A DNA stretch of 64,000 nucleotides from Paramoeba atlantica (lineage: Eukaryota; Protista; Discosea), in assembly GCA_977017575.1 (NCBI GenBank), contig CDRNVI010000149.1:186001-250000 (forward strand). The letters are read 5' to 3'. The position numbers and the translations under genes were made by a program. The notes under the pieces were generated by a model. It saw only the letters and a program-made list of their open reading frames with translations, searched no databases and had not been told where the DNA came from. Shown one piece after another: positions 1-11,771 of this stretch. The first letter of the stretch is position 1; each line of letters opens with the position of its first letter.

Positions 1-788
<788 letters not shown>

Positions 789-2949
789 TCAGCGAAAACC
801 TGAATTGAAGCCCTTGACTAAAAATAGCGCGTTATTTTTTAGCGCTCTACTTTTTTTTTCGTTTGTTTCTGTTTTTTTTTTTGCGTTTTGTTGTTTTTTT
901 GTGGTGGGCGAGAGGAGAAGAGAGCGCTCTCTTCTTTCTGTTTGTTTTTGTTTGTTTTTGTTTTGTTTTGTGTGTTATTTGTTTTGTTTGTTTTGCCAAT
1001 CTCACCAACCACCATCACGCAGTTTTGTGGTGGTGTGTGTTTTGTGTTTTTTTGTGTTGTGTGAGGGTTTGTTCTTCTCCTCACACCCCCTCCGCCCCCT
1101 TCTCTCTCTCTCACCTCATCTTTTAACACACAGAGGAGAGAGGAGAAGGGAAAAAGAACCTCTCTCTCTCTTTGATGAAGGGAAATGAAAAGCAAAGAAT
1201 GCGAAAAGAGGTGGTTTGTGTCTCTCTCTTCCTCTCCTTTTTCTCTCAAACACACTTCTCTTCTCTCGCACTCCTGACCATTTTTTCCCCCTTTCTCTCT
1301 CTCTTTCCCCTCTCTCTCTCTTTCCCCTCTTTCTTTTCTCTCTTCCCTTTCCTTCACACAGTTTTCAAGGGAACAAAACATAAAAGTGGGGGAAAAAGGG
1401 TGGTGTTTTGTTTCACCCATATAAAAGACAAATATTAGGGAACACGACAATCGAAAGTGGAGGGATAGTGGGTGAAAGGGGGAGAGAAAATCACCAGAGA
1501 GACATCCAATAGAGAGAGTGATGTTTGTGGTGGATGATCTCTCTTCTCTTTTTGGCCCTCTTGAGACGACGATCTTGTGTGTGTGTGTTCTGAGGAGAGG
1601 CCTTTCTTCGAGCGTGTTTTGGCGATGATGGTGTAGTGTTTGGTGGATACTTCTCTTTTGAAAATGTTGGTTATTCATGAAGAACTTTACCGCTGATATA
1701 TGTTTCTGCTCTCTCTCTCTCTCCTTTCCCAAAAAATCCATGTTTGGTGTTGTTGGTGTGTGATTAGACCCTCTCTCCTCCCTCCTCTCTCTCTCTCCCC
1801 ACTCTCGCTGCTGCGCCTTATTCCTCTGTTTCTTATCATTTTTTTGAGGAGTAAAAGCTCTTTCTTCTTAGCTTTCTTCTTTTGGAGGGTTCCTTTTGGA
1901 TTGGTGACAGTGATATTGGATCGGATCTCTCTCCTCTTCTTTAAGTGGTATGTCCTATCATAATGAAATCAAATGTCTTCTTTCTCGAAAAAAATGTGAC
2001 TTTCTTGACAAAGGTATACCACGTATCGGACCCTGTATGTATCGTTATACTACACACACAACACACAACACACAAGAAGATTTTTTGCCAACACGCTGAG
2101 AAGGTTACTTTTTTGCATGGATTATTTTTTCTGTCTGTGTTTGGTGTGTTTTATTGTTTACTTTTTTTGTATTTGTATCTTTGTGTTTTAAAAATGGGGT
2201 GTGTTAATGTTGTTTTTGTGTTTTTGTTTTGTTTTGTTTTTTGAGAAGAGGAAGGGAAGGAAGGAAGGAAGGAAGGAAGGGTGTGTGAAAAATTTATTAA
2301 TTTGTACAAAAAACAGTTTGTTGTCTCTCAAAGCCAAATTCTCAAATTGAAAAAAAGACAGGAATCCCCAGATTCCACTCCAAAAGTTCATCAAGAAGAA
2401 AACAGACAAAAAGAATGAAAAGAATTTAGATCACCAAGATTGGTGTATTAATTGAAAGAAGTGTCCCGTCCATTTTGAGGGGAATACGAAATCGTTGTAA
2501 ATGATTGATGTCCATTTTAAAAGAAGGTTTTGTGTTCTTGTTAATTTGTTCTTGTTGAACTTGTTTTTTTATTATTTGTTTTATTTTTTGCTTTTGGTAT
2601 TTTTGGTATTTGTTTTTGTTCTTTTCTTTTTTGTGGTGATTGGTTTGGTTTGGTTTGGTTGGTTTGTCTGTTATTATTGGAAAGAGTGTTTTTGTTTTTG
2701 TATTAGTTATTAGTATTTAATTAATTAAAATTCTCTGATACTAAAATCTGATTCTTCCCCCTCCCCCTTCTCTTAACTAGTGTGAGGACATCTTTTTTGT
2801 TTCCTTTGTTACAAAGACCTCCTTCCAATCACAAGCCTTTTTGAAAATATGAGTGGCACAGGTTTCCCTTTATTTTGTGTTTTGTTGTTTCAGTGTTTTG
2901 TGTTTGGTTTGTTAGTTATTTTGATTGTGTGGATTTGTTTATCTTTTTT

Positions 2950-3990
2950 AGTATGATGTGATTATTCTGTTGTGTTGGTTTGTTGTTGGTTTATTGTTGG
3001 TTTGTTGGTTTGTTGGTTTGTTTGTCGTTTTGTTTGTTGTTGTTGTGTCATTCAGTGTTACTTTTGTTTTGTTTGTTGTGATTGTGATTGTTGTGATTTG
3101 TGATTGTTGTGATTGTAGTTAAGTTATAGTTATTGTTGCTGTTGTTTATGATTGTTTATTGTTTTTCTTGTTGTTTGTTGTTTATTGTTTGTTGTTGTTT
3201 GTTGTTTATTGTTTGTTGTTGTTTGTTGTTGTTTGTTGTTATTATGATTATTGGTTTGTGATTGTGATTGCAATTGTTATGATTGTTGTTACTATTTTTT
3301 ATAATCAATTATTGTTATTATTGTATTGTTATGATTGTTGTTGTTATTTGATTGTTATTGCTTTTATTATTATTGTTAATTGTTAAATTGTTAATAATAG
3401 AATGGGGACATCTTTGTTTCTTTGTTATAAGACTCCCTCCACAGGCCTTTTTTTCTATTACTCCGTTCCCAACAATCCCGACTATTGTGCCACCGCCAGG
3501 TTTTTCTCTTTTTTCCTTCTTTTATTTTGTGCTTGTTTTTGTTTTTGTTAATGGTATTGCTGTTGTGGTGGTGATGATATTTTGATTGTGTTGTTATTTG
3601 TTGTTATTTGTTATTTGTTATTGGTATTCTTGTTGTTCTTGTTCTTGTTGTTGTTATTGTTGTTATTATTGTTGTTATTCTTGTTGTTATTCTTGTTGTT
3701 ATTATTGTTTTATTGTTATTTGTGATTGTTATTATTTGTTATTTGTATTGTTATTTGTTATTTGTATTGTTATTTGTTATTTGTTATTGTTGTTCTTGTT
3801 GTTCTTGTTCTTGTTATTATTATGGTTGTTATGGTTGTTATTGTTGTTATTTGTTGTTATTTGTTGTTATTATTGTTGTTATTTGTTGTTATTGTTGTTA
3901 TTATTGTTATTTGTTATTGATATTTGTTGTTGATATTTGTTATTGTAATTGTTATTGTTGATTTTGTTTTTTTGTGTTGTGGTTATGTTG
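2950..3990. repeat. Degenerate (GTT/ATT)n trinucleotide low-complexity tract
   Basis: About 1 kb of gttgtt/attatt/ttgtta mosaics, which produce spurious V/L/I/C-rich ORFs. Confidence 0.9.
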
Positions 3991-5239
3991 TGTTCGTACA
4001 CAAAAAAAGAGAGAGAGTGTGTGGAATCATTAAGACAAAGATGTGGTTGGGGATTTCTGGAGGGAGTCAGCCACATATAATGGTTGGTTGGTTCTTTTTG
4101 TTCTTTTGTAATATTTATATTTCCGTTTTGTTGTAATATTAGTTGGTTAATTTGTCTTCTGTTTTTTGTTTGGAGGGGGTGTGTGTATTTAATTAGTGCT
4201 GTTTAAGTTAAATATTATTATTGTTAATTGTTTTTGGTCACTTTGTTGGTAGTTGGTACATCAGTGTTTTTGTGTATTGGTTGTGTGTGTAAGTTGGTTG
4301 TGTGTTGTCTTGTGTACACACATTTTTCAAGGTTTATTGTTTGTTTGAACCAAACAATCAAAAATGACAATAAGGTTTTCTTTTTTTTTTTGTCTTTCTT
4401 TTGTTTCGTCCTTTTTGTTCTTTTTTTTTTTGTTCTTTTTGTTCTTTTTTTTTTTCTTTCTCCCTTTTTGTTCTTTTTCTTTTTTTTTTACTCTGTTCTA
4501 TAATTTTTTTGATGTTGGTGTTGGTCTTGTGTGGAATGTGCTTTTTCTAGAAGAGGGTTTTAATTGATGTGCAGGTTTTTCTTTTGATTTTTCTTTTGAT
4601 TTTTCTTTTGATTTTTTTTTTGATTTTTTTTTGATTTTTTGGTTTCTCTTTTTTTTTAAGATCCAAAAAGTTTCCACAGACACACTATGGTTTTTCTCTT
4701 TCTGTTTTTTGTTAATATAAGTGAGGTTTGCTTTGTGGGGACGGTTTGGGTTTTCCTTTTCGATAAAATGGTGAATGTAGGTGTTTTTGTGGGAATTGTG
4801 TACCTTTTTTCTGTGGTGGCGCACCTTGTTTTTTTTTTTTGGAGGGGGGGGGGTCTTTAATTGGGAGGGGGTTTGTTCAAGTTTTTAGAAAGGAATAACA
4901 CACTGTTTTGTTGAGATTTAATAAGACTAAAAAGGTTATAATATTTGTTCACATAAACAAATGTTGCAGCCTCTTTGGGAATTTTCCAGAATGGACATGA
5001 AGATTGGGTTTTGACTCGCACACCACCTCCATAAATACTTTGTGATGGGTAAATTAGCCACAGTAGCACCAATTTTGTTGGGGGGGGGGTGGGGGACATA
5101 TTGCCAAAATACATAATTTCCACAATTATTTTTCATTTGGTTGGTGACTTGAAGGAAGGGGGGGGGAGGTTTTCGTGGTGGTGTCGTATCTCCCTCAATC
5201 CTTTTTAAACCCATTTTTTTTTTCGATTTTTATCAAATT

Positions 5240-5312
5240 GCCTCCGTAGCTCAGTCGGTAGAGCGCTAGACTCTTAATCTAGTGGCCGCGGGTTCGAGCC
5301 CCGCCGGGGGCT
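5240..5312 (+). tRNA. tRNA-Lys (CTT)
   Basis: Full cloverleaf: GCCTCCG/CGGGGGC acceptor, GCTC/GAGC D stem, CTAGA-CTCTTAA-TCTAG anticodon arm, GCGGG-TTCGAGC-CCCGC T arm; followed by an oligo-T Pol III terminator. Confidence 0.96.
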
Positions 5313-5836
5313 GTTTTTTTTTTTTTCTTTTTTTCTTTTTTTCTTTTTCCTTCTTTCTTTTCTTTTTTCTTTTCTTTTTCCTTCTTTCTTTACTTTTTTT
5401 CTTTCAAAGGTGGTTTTTTCTCTTCTTTTCCTCTCTCTTTTTCTCTTCTCTTTTTTTTATTTTTTTTTCATGAACTTGGTCTGAACTGAACTGCTTCTTT
5501 GTTGCTCAAAGGTTTTTCTCTCTTTCTTTCTCTTTTCTTTTTTTCCTTTTTTTTCTTTTTTTTTTTTCTTTTTTTCTTTTTTTTTCTTTTTTTTTTCTTT
5601 TTCTTTTTTCTTTTTTCTTTTTTCTTTTTTCTTTTTCTTTTTCTTTTCTATTTCTTTTTTTTTGAGCTTGGTCTCGCTCTTTTTTTCTCTTTTTTCCCCT
5701 TTTTTTCCTTTTTTTTTCTTTTTTTCCTTTCCTTTTTTCTTTCTTTTTTTCTCTTTTTCTTTTCTTTTTCTTTTTCTTTTTCTTTTTTTCTTTTTTCTTC
5801 CTTTCCTTTTTCTTTTTCTTTTTCTTTTTTTTTTTA
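5313..5836. repeat. Polypyrimidine (T/C) low-complexity tract; similar tracts at 8470-9060, 10370-10545 (purine on +), 16630-17040, 26700-27060, 32130-34680
   Basis: Nearly pure T/C runs; source of the F/S/L-rich and K/E/R-rich pseudo-ORFs. Confidence 0.9.
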
Positions 5837-8340
5837 GAGCGAGCGTGCGAAAAGATTGCGCACCAGCCTTTTTGAAGGTGCGAAAAGAAGAGGTCTTTTT
5901 TGACCCTTGATTTACCTCTTCTTTTTGGATTTGTGTTTGGGATTGGTCAAAATCAGTGAAAGTCCACTCGCAATTGGGTCCAGGTGTGGGGACGTAATAA
6001 AGTCACCAGAGCAATGGTTGTCACTTGGTTCATTTTTCTGTTTCCATTCTTTTGGAATTTTTTCGAAAAAAAATGGTCTCTGTTGAAGAAAGCGATGTTT
6101 CTCTGCAACAAAAAGCATTATCAATTCGTTTTTCAGTTTTGTGAGTTTTGTCGCACTTCTGATAATCTTGCTCAAAAAGCATGAAGGTTTCTTCGTCAAC
6201 ATCCCTGGGAAGTTTGCACCTACCTCACGCTCACGGATTGAGTCGAGTATTAATCGTAAGATTCGTGGTCGAGGTCTGGAACTCTGGCAGAAGAGGTGTG
6301 ACTGGCGAACTCTTCGGGTGTGTTTTGGCCCACATTGTTCTGGATGAGAGGATTAATTTTCCGCTTGATAATCCAACATTTATTGAAGGTTCGTATCTGG
6401 AGTCAATTCCTCGATCTCCTTTGCGAAAAGGTTTCCTACGTGTGGTGCCATCAAATGGCAAGATGCTCCGGCGGAATCCTTTTGGGTCTTGCTGGCCCAA
6501 ACCCAGAAAGACAGAATTTTCCTTGGCCTCAACGAACATGTGAACCATGATGGAAAGTCAGTTGCTGAGGAGATAACAACAATGCTCCAAGAGATGCAAA
6601 ATCTCGCAAAGGAATTTCCAGAGACACAGGAATTTGTCCAATCTCTGTCTCTTTCTTCATTCTGTGGTGTCATGGGGGACCACACCAATGTAAATCGGAG
6701 TGTGGTGGCAGGAATTAGGAATTATCGAAAGAGATTGAAAGTCCCCTTGTGTGCAGCTGGGTTGTTTTGCCCACAAATGTGATTTGGTTGAAGAATCTTT
6801 TTTGAAGGCTTTGCGGAAAAAATCAAAAGAATGACTCTCTGCCCTCTTCCTCTTCTTCCTCTTCTTGTTCCTCTTCTTCCTCTTCTTGTTCCTCTTGTGT
6901 TCCTCTTTCTCACCCCCTTCAACCAGTGCTCTCAGTGCTTCAAGTTTCCCCTGCTTTGGTTACCACCACAAGAGCCCTGTATCCTCACTTCAGATGAAGA
7001 AGGTGATGAGTCCTGGGAGGATGATATTGAGCATATTTGTGTGGAGAAAGGACCTGAGCTTGGCTTCCCTCCAAAGACTGATGAACCTGAATATGGAATG
7101 AAGGCTCCTGGAAAAGACGATGACTTGAATACACACTCTGCAACTCAGTTTCTCTATCGAATCACAAAGGCATTATCGTTGACCTCAAAGGCAGGAAATC
7201 GCTATGGTCACTCTGAAACCTTTTCCCAGTGGTGCATAGTGAAAGGGTTTCAGTGTCATTTAACCCCCCCCCCTTCATTCAAATCGATTCTTGGTGTATT
7301 CTTATAACGCATATGCCATCTACAATGATCTGCATGTGTATTGGAATTTTCTTCAAGAATGTTTGGAGGACACTTGGACTCGCCAATTTCTCCTTGCCTC
7401 ACTCTCATCTCCATTGATGTGCCACGAACTCTGATTGTTGGGGTTGTTTCATTATTTCTTTGGTTTTTTTTTTCATTTTTATTTTCATTTTCATTTTCAT
7501 TTTTAATTTCATTTTTATTTTTATTTTTATTTTTATTTTTATTTTTCTTTTTCTTTTTCTTTTTCTTTTTCTTTTTCTTTTTATTAATTTTTCTTTGAAA
7601 TTCTTCACAGGCCCTCCTCTGACCTTTACCCTTTCGGTTCTTACAATTGAAGAGAGTGCTGCTCTTTGGAAAGAAGTTGAACGACATTTCATTGTTTTTA
7701 CCCCCGCCTCACTCACCCATCCGCAACCTTCAACAACTTATCTTTTTCACAAATTGTGGGATTATGTTGGTTTTTTATTTGAGAAAAAAATCCTCCCATT
7801 CAGGTCACAAGTGATGGTTGAAAAAGAGAAAGTTTGGGAACGCTTGGAAGGGGGAATTTTGCTGAACTGGAGCCCATACAGAGATAACAAGGTCTTTCAT
7901 TTGTGTTTGATCTCAGCACTGAAGGAAGTTCAAAAGGTAAGATTTCCTTTTTTTTTTCTCTTTTCTTCTTTCTTTTCTTTTACTAATTTTTAATTTTTTT
8001 GTTTCAAATTGGCAAAGGGTACTTGGGGAATGGATCTCTTTCAAGTGTCCCTTCTTCTCTCTCTTCCCTCCCAGCTGATAATCTGGAACTGGAACTGGAA
8101 CGTGTGTTTGCAAAAGTCAAGAAGGAGAAGGATACCCATGCGAATCACTTGAACACTTCGTCGTTAAAAGGACACATTATGTGGAAAGAAAACTTGATCG
8201 ATTGAACACCTTCATTGAGTTTGTCAGAAAATTCGCTTCAGCGAAAAGGGTTGTCAATTCATCACGCTGGAAAAAGGTCTGAACTCTTGAATAGATTGTT
8301 GGGACTCCTTTGATAAATGTTTTTGACTCTCTTGGTTGTT
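5830..8340 (+). pseudogene. hAT-like DDE transposase relic, intron-containing and frameshifted
   Basis: Motifs in hAT order across shifting frames: IFLGLNEHVNHDGKSVAEEI, GVMGDHTNVN, GCFAHKCDL (CxxH at 6763-6774), RFLVYSYNAYAIY, and C-terminal LPADNLE(LE)LERVFAKV. Intron acceptor ttcacag at 7610; donor gtaaga at 7937. Element ends not found. Confidence 0.65.
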
Positions 8341-9049
8341 CTCCCACAATAAAATTCATTTCTTTTGACTCATTCTCTTTCCTTCTCCCAAAACTCCACA
8401 CAAAACCAGCGCCCTTCCAAAAAAAGTGGTGCGCAAAGTCAAAAAGACCCTTACTACTGGCCCAGGCTACCTCTTTTTTCTTTTTTCTTCTTTTCTTCTT
8501 TTTTCTTCTTTTTTCTTCTTTTTCTTTTCTTTTTCTTTTCTTTTTTTCTTTCTTTTTTTCTTTCTTTTTTTTAAAACCTGATTATATTGAACTACCTTCT
8601 TGTCGATTGACTCTTTCAAAAGTTTTTCTCTTTTCTTTTTCTCTTTTCTTTCTCTTTTCTTTCTTTCTTTCTTTTTCTTTTTCTTTCTTTCTTTCTCTTC
8701 TTTCCTTTTTCTTTTTTTTCTTTTCTTTTTCTTTTTTTTTTTCTTTTTTTTTTTCTTTTTTCTTTTTCTTTTTTCTTTTTTTTAAACCGGTGTGTGTGTC
8801 AAACTACTTCTCATCAATCTTTCTCTCTTTTCTATTTCTCTTTTCTTTTTAAAACTTAGTTTGGGTCTTTATCAATTTGCTCTTTCAGAAGTTTTTCTTT
8901 CTTCTTTTTTTTCTTTTCTTTTTCTTTTTCTTTTTCTTTTTCTTTTTTTCTTTTTTCTTTCTTTTCGTTTCTTCCTTTTTTCTTTTCTTTTCTTCTTTTT
9001 TTCTTTTCGTTCTTTTTCGTTCTTTTTCGTTCTTTTTCGTTCTTTTTCA

Positions 9050-10892
9050 TTCTTTTTTCTTCTTTTTCCACCACAGCCGATTTTTGAGAAAACGCGAATT
9101 TTAAAAATAAAGTTCGGGCCCATTTTTTTGGTAGCAATCCGGTGTTTAAAGGTGTCATAAGCAACTTTTTGATGGTTGTTAAGGTGGTAATTTTTTTTTT
9201 TTTTTCAGATATTGGATTCACAAACCCAGCACCCATAATTCAAAATCCATTTTCATTTTTCAAAGACATATGATAATATGTCGCTGCTCGAATACCAGCA
9301 ACAGAGCCAGGACTGTGTTTCCAAATGTAACCCAACTCGGTAAGTCCAAAACTAGGTGTATTTTCCCATCCAAATCCTAAATAAAAGAGAAGAGAAAGCC
9401 CAATGTCTTTTTTGTCACAATGAAGAACTGTCCCATGAGCAATTGAGAGCCAGAATTCTTCAATCAAGCGGAAAATCTTTGTTGAAAGAGTCATTTGCTG
9501 TCCGGTTGCATCAAACTTTTTGTGAATGTCTTCAATGCATTCTCTCTGTTTATCAAATATTGGTGGGGGTGGGGAAGATGAAGATGTCTCTTTGATTGTT
9601 GAAGAAACCCATTTTTCGAAACGTAACTCAAAGATCGCATATCCTCCGAAAAAGAGATTCCACAAATGGAACAATCATATCATTTGTTTGGCCTGCTTGA
9701 ACATATTCCCGAATCGGATTTGCTTGCTTTGCATGAATTCCCATCGTTAACAAACACCATCCTCGACAATTTCTCTTTGTTTGATTAAATATAAAACATT
9801 GGAGGATTGAGAGCTCATATACCTCCTCAGGAGATCCAACCGATTCCAACCAAAACATATCCTTCAAACCACTCTCCGATTTAAAATAAACATTTCCGGT
9901 CAATTCCTTCAATAAATTCTCATCTTTCAAAAGGTCTTGTTGGGTATTACAACCACCTGGATTCGCCAATTTTTGATAAAAATCTTCAGTGGCACCAGGA
10001 AAATGGGCCTTCCAGCTCGAATCTGAGAGGCGATCTAATGGGATCCTGTTCACATCATCAAAGAGAATTGTTGTTGTTTGAGAATTTTGTTTTGGAACTT
10101 CAAAAGATTTAAAAAGAACTGGAACTGGCTCTGCTGGTTTGATTTCAAAATAAGTTCTCATCAACGACAGTGCTTTTTCCCTGGTTTCCTTGTCAGAATA
10201 ATGTGGTCGTCCTGGTTTTGAATAATCCATCGGTTTTGAGAGTCCATGTGAACCACTTGCTTTCTTTCGACTCATTCTTCCAACAATTTCAGAAACCTGG
10301 ATATTGTGTGTGGAGTGGATTCAAAAAAAGATATTTATAAAAAATGAGAATAATAATAATAAAAAAAAGAGGAAGGAAAAAAAAGAGGAAGGAGAAAAAA
10401 GGAGAAAAAAAAAGAGAAAAAAAAGGAAGAAAAAAAAGGGAGAAAAAAGGGAGAAAAAAGAAAGAAAAAAAAAGAAAGAAAAAAAGAAAAGAAAAAAAAA
10501 GGGAGAAAAAAGAAAGAAAAAAAAAGAAAGAAAAAAAGAAAAGCGAGATGATCGAACGGAAACACAACCTTCTTTTCAAGCACTTCCCAAGACACTAAGC
10601 TCTTATTTGTTTTTACAAGTTCTCTTACAGTCCAAAAACGAAAACGATCAAATAATAAAGGTGAAGGAGGAGAGTAGAAACTATCCTCATATGATGGCTC
10701 TGAAAGACGAACAGGAGGTAACAATAATGTCGAGAGAGGAAAAGGGTTTTTTGGCGATAATGTCCATGAAGAAGAAGAGAAAGAATCATGGGTAATTGAT
10801 TGACAGAGCAAAACATCCATTTCTAATCTCCTTCTTTTCTTTCTTTCTGATCGAATTTGTTTTTTTCTTTTGAGATTGAATTTGGTGAGCAT
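9050..10892 (-). pseudogene. TET/JBP-family 2-oxoglutarate/Fe(II) dioxygenase-like gene, spliced and disrupted
   Basis: Predicted exon 1 10892-10629 (basic NLS-like start), GT-AG intron 10628-10297, then ORFs 10275-9628 and 9674-9240. Core LHCDKKDIGLSLLFYLG...SPGSVAGIRAATYYH: His 9420-9422, Asp 9414-9416, His 9270-9272, and TGA (9240-9242) at the expected 2OG-binding Arg, followed in frame by IMGAGFVN. The 3' end is uncertain. Confidence 0.75.
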
Positions 10893-11087
10893 TTTGAAAA
10901 AAAGAATCAAAAATTTGAAAGAAAGGAAAGAAAGTAGCAATTTTCGTATTGGATTCTTTTCAGATTACTTTTTTTCTTTTTTTTTATTAGAAAAATACAG
11001 CCAAAACGATTTTGTTCAAGCACTTTGTTTTTTTTTTGTTTTTTTTTTGCTTTTTGTTTTTTGTTTTTTGTTTTTTGTTTTTCTCAA

Positions 11088-11771
11088 ATGTCTGAACAAA
11101 CTGCTCACTCTGTTCAAACCTGAACTCCTTCTCGAAAACTCCTTGAGGCAGATGAATCTTTCTTTAAAAGAGGAAACTCTGTTCCATATTGCTACATCTC
11201 TCTTGAACCCTCATCACATCAAAGCGTAAACAAACCAAAAACTACAAACCAAAAGAAAAACCAAAAAGAAAAGTGTCCTCCTTGTGCTCTTTCTCTTTTG
11301 GAGAGCAATATTGCAAGCAAGTTTTCATGTGATACAATTGTTGATTCTGTTGTTATTGAGCTTGATCGGATTGCCCATGATCTTTTTTCAAAAATTCCCT
11401 CGACTGCTTGTAGTATGCGAATCTATCGAACAAAGGTCAATGCAGTTCTGTTTGAACTCCTCATCATCCCTCATCTTTTGAGAAGTGGTGGCGACCTTTC
11501 TCCTCGCAAGAAGTCAGCGCCAGTTTTTCTGATCCAATTTTACGAAACAAAAACTTTTGAACAAATTTTTTCAGGACTTGCATCAAAGGGACTCTTCAAC
11601 CCAATGACGAAAAAATTCAAAAATGGTCAAAAGATGTGGATTGTCGCTCATAAAAAGTATCCGGTTGTATGGAGATTTTCTGCAAATCTTGGAACTCTTG
11701 CAGTTCATTTTTTTGTTCAAGGATGGACAAAAGGAGGACTTCCAATCAATGATCTTTATATCTCAAATTAA
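11088..11771 (+). pseudogene. Orphan two-exon gene (~200 aa, ORF X) with one in-frame TGA, function unknown
   Basis: ATG 11088 (MSEQTAHSVQT*TPSRKLLEADESFFKRGNSVPYCYISLEPSSHQS), phase-0 GT-AG intron 11226-11303, then the non-low-complexity ORF to 11771. Confidence 0.5.

Noticed and set aside
4985-5020. GHEDWV as a WD40 repeat
   Set aside because: An isolated hexapeptide closely bounded by stops, with no further repeats.
8340-8410. ACAAAACC as an RSS nonamer or Transib TIR
   Set aside because: One A short of ACAAAAACC, with no CAC heptamer at 12- or 23-bp spacing and no partner end.
11088-11771. ORF X as a RAG2-like gene
   Set aside because: Too short, with no GG-containing kelch repeats or PHD finger; only the convergent position resembles ProtoRAG.
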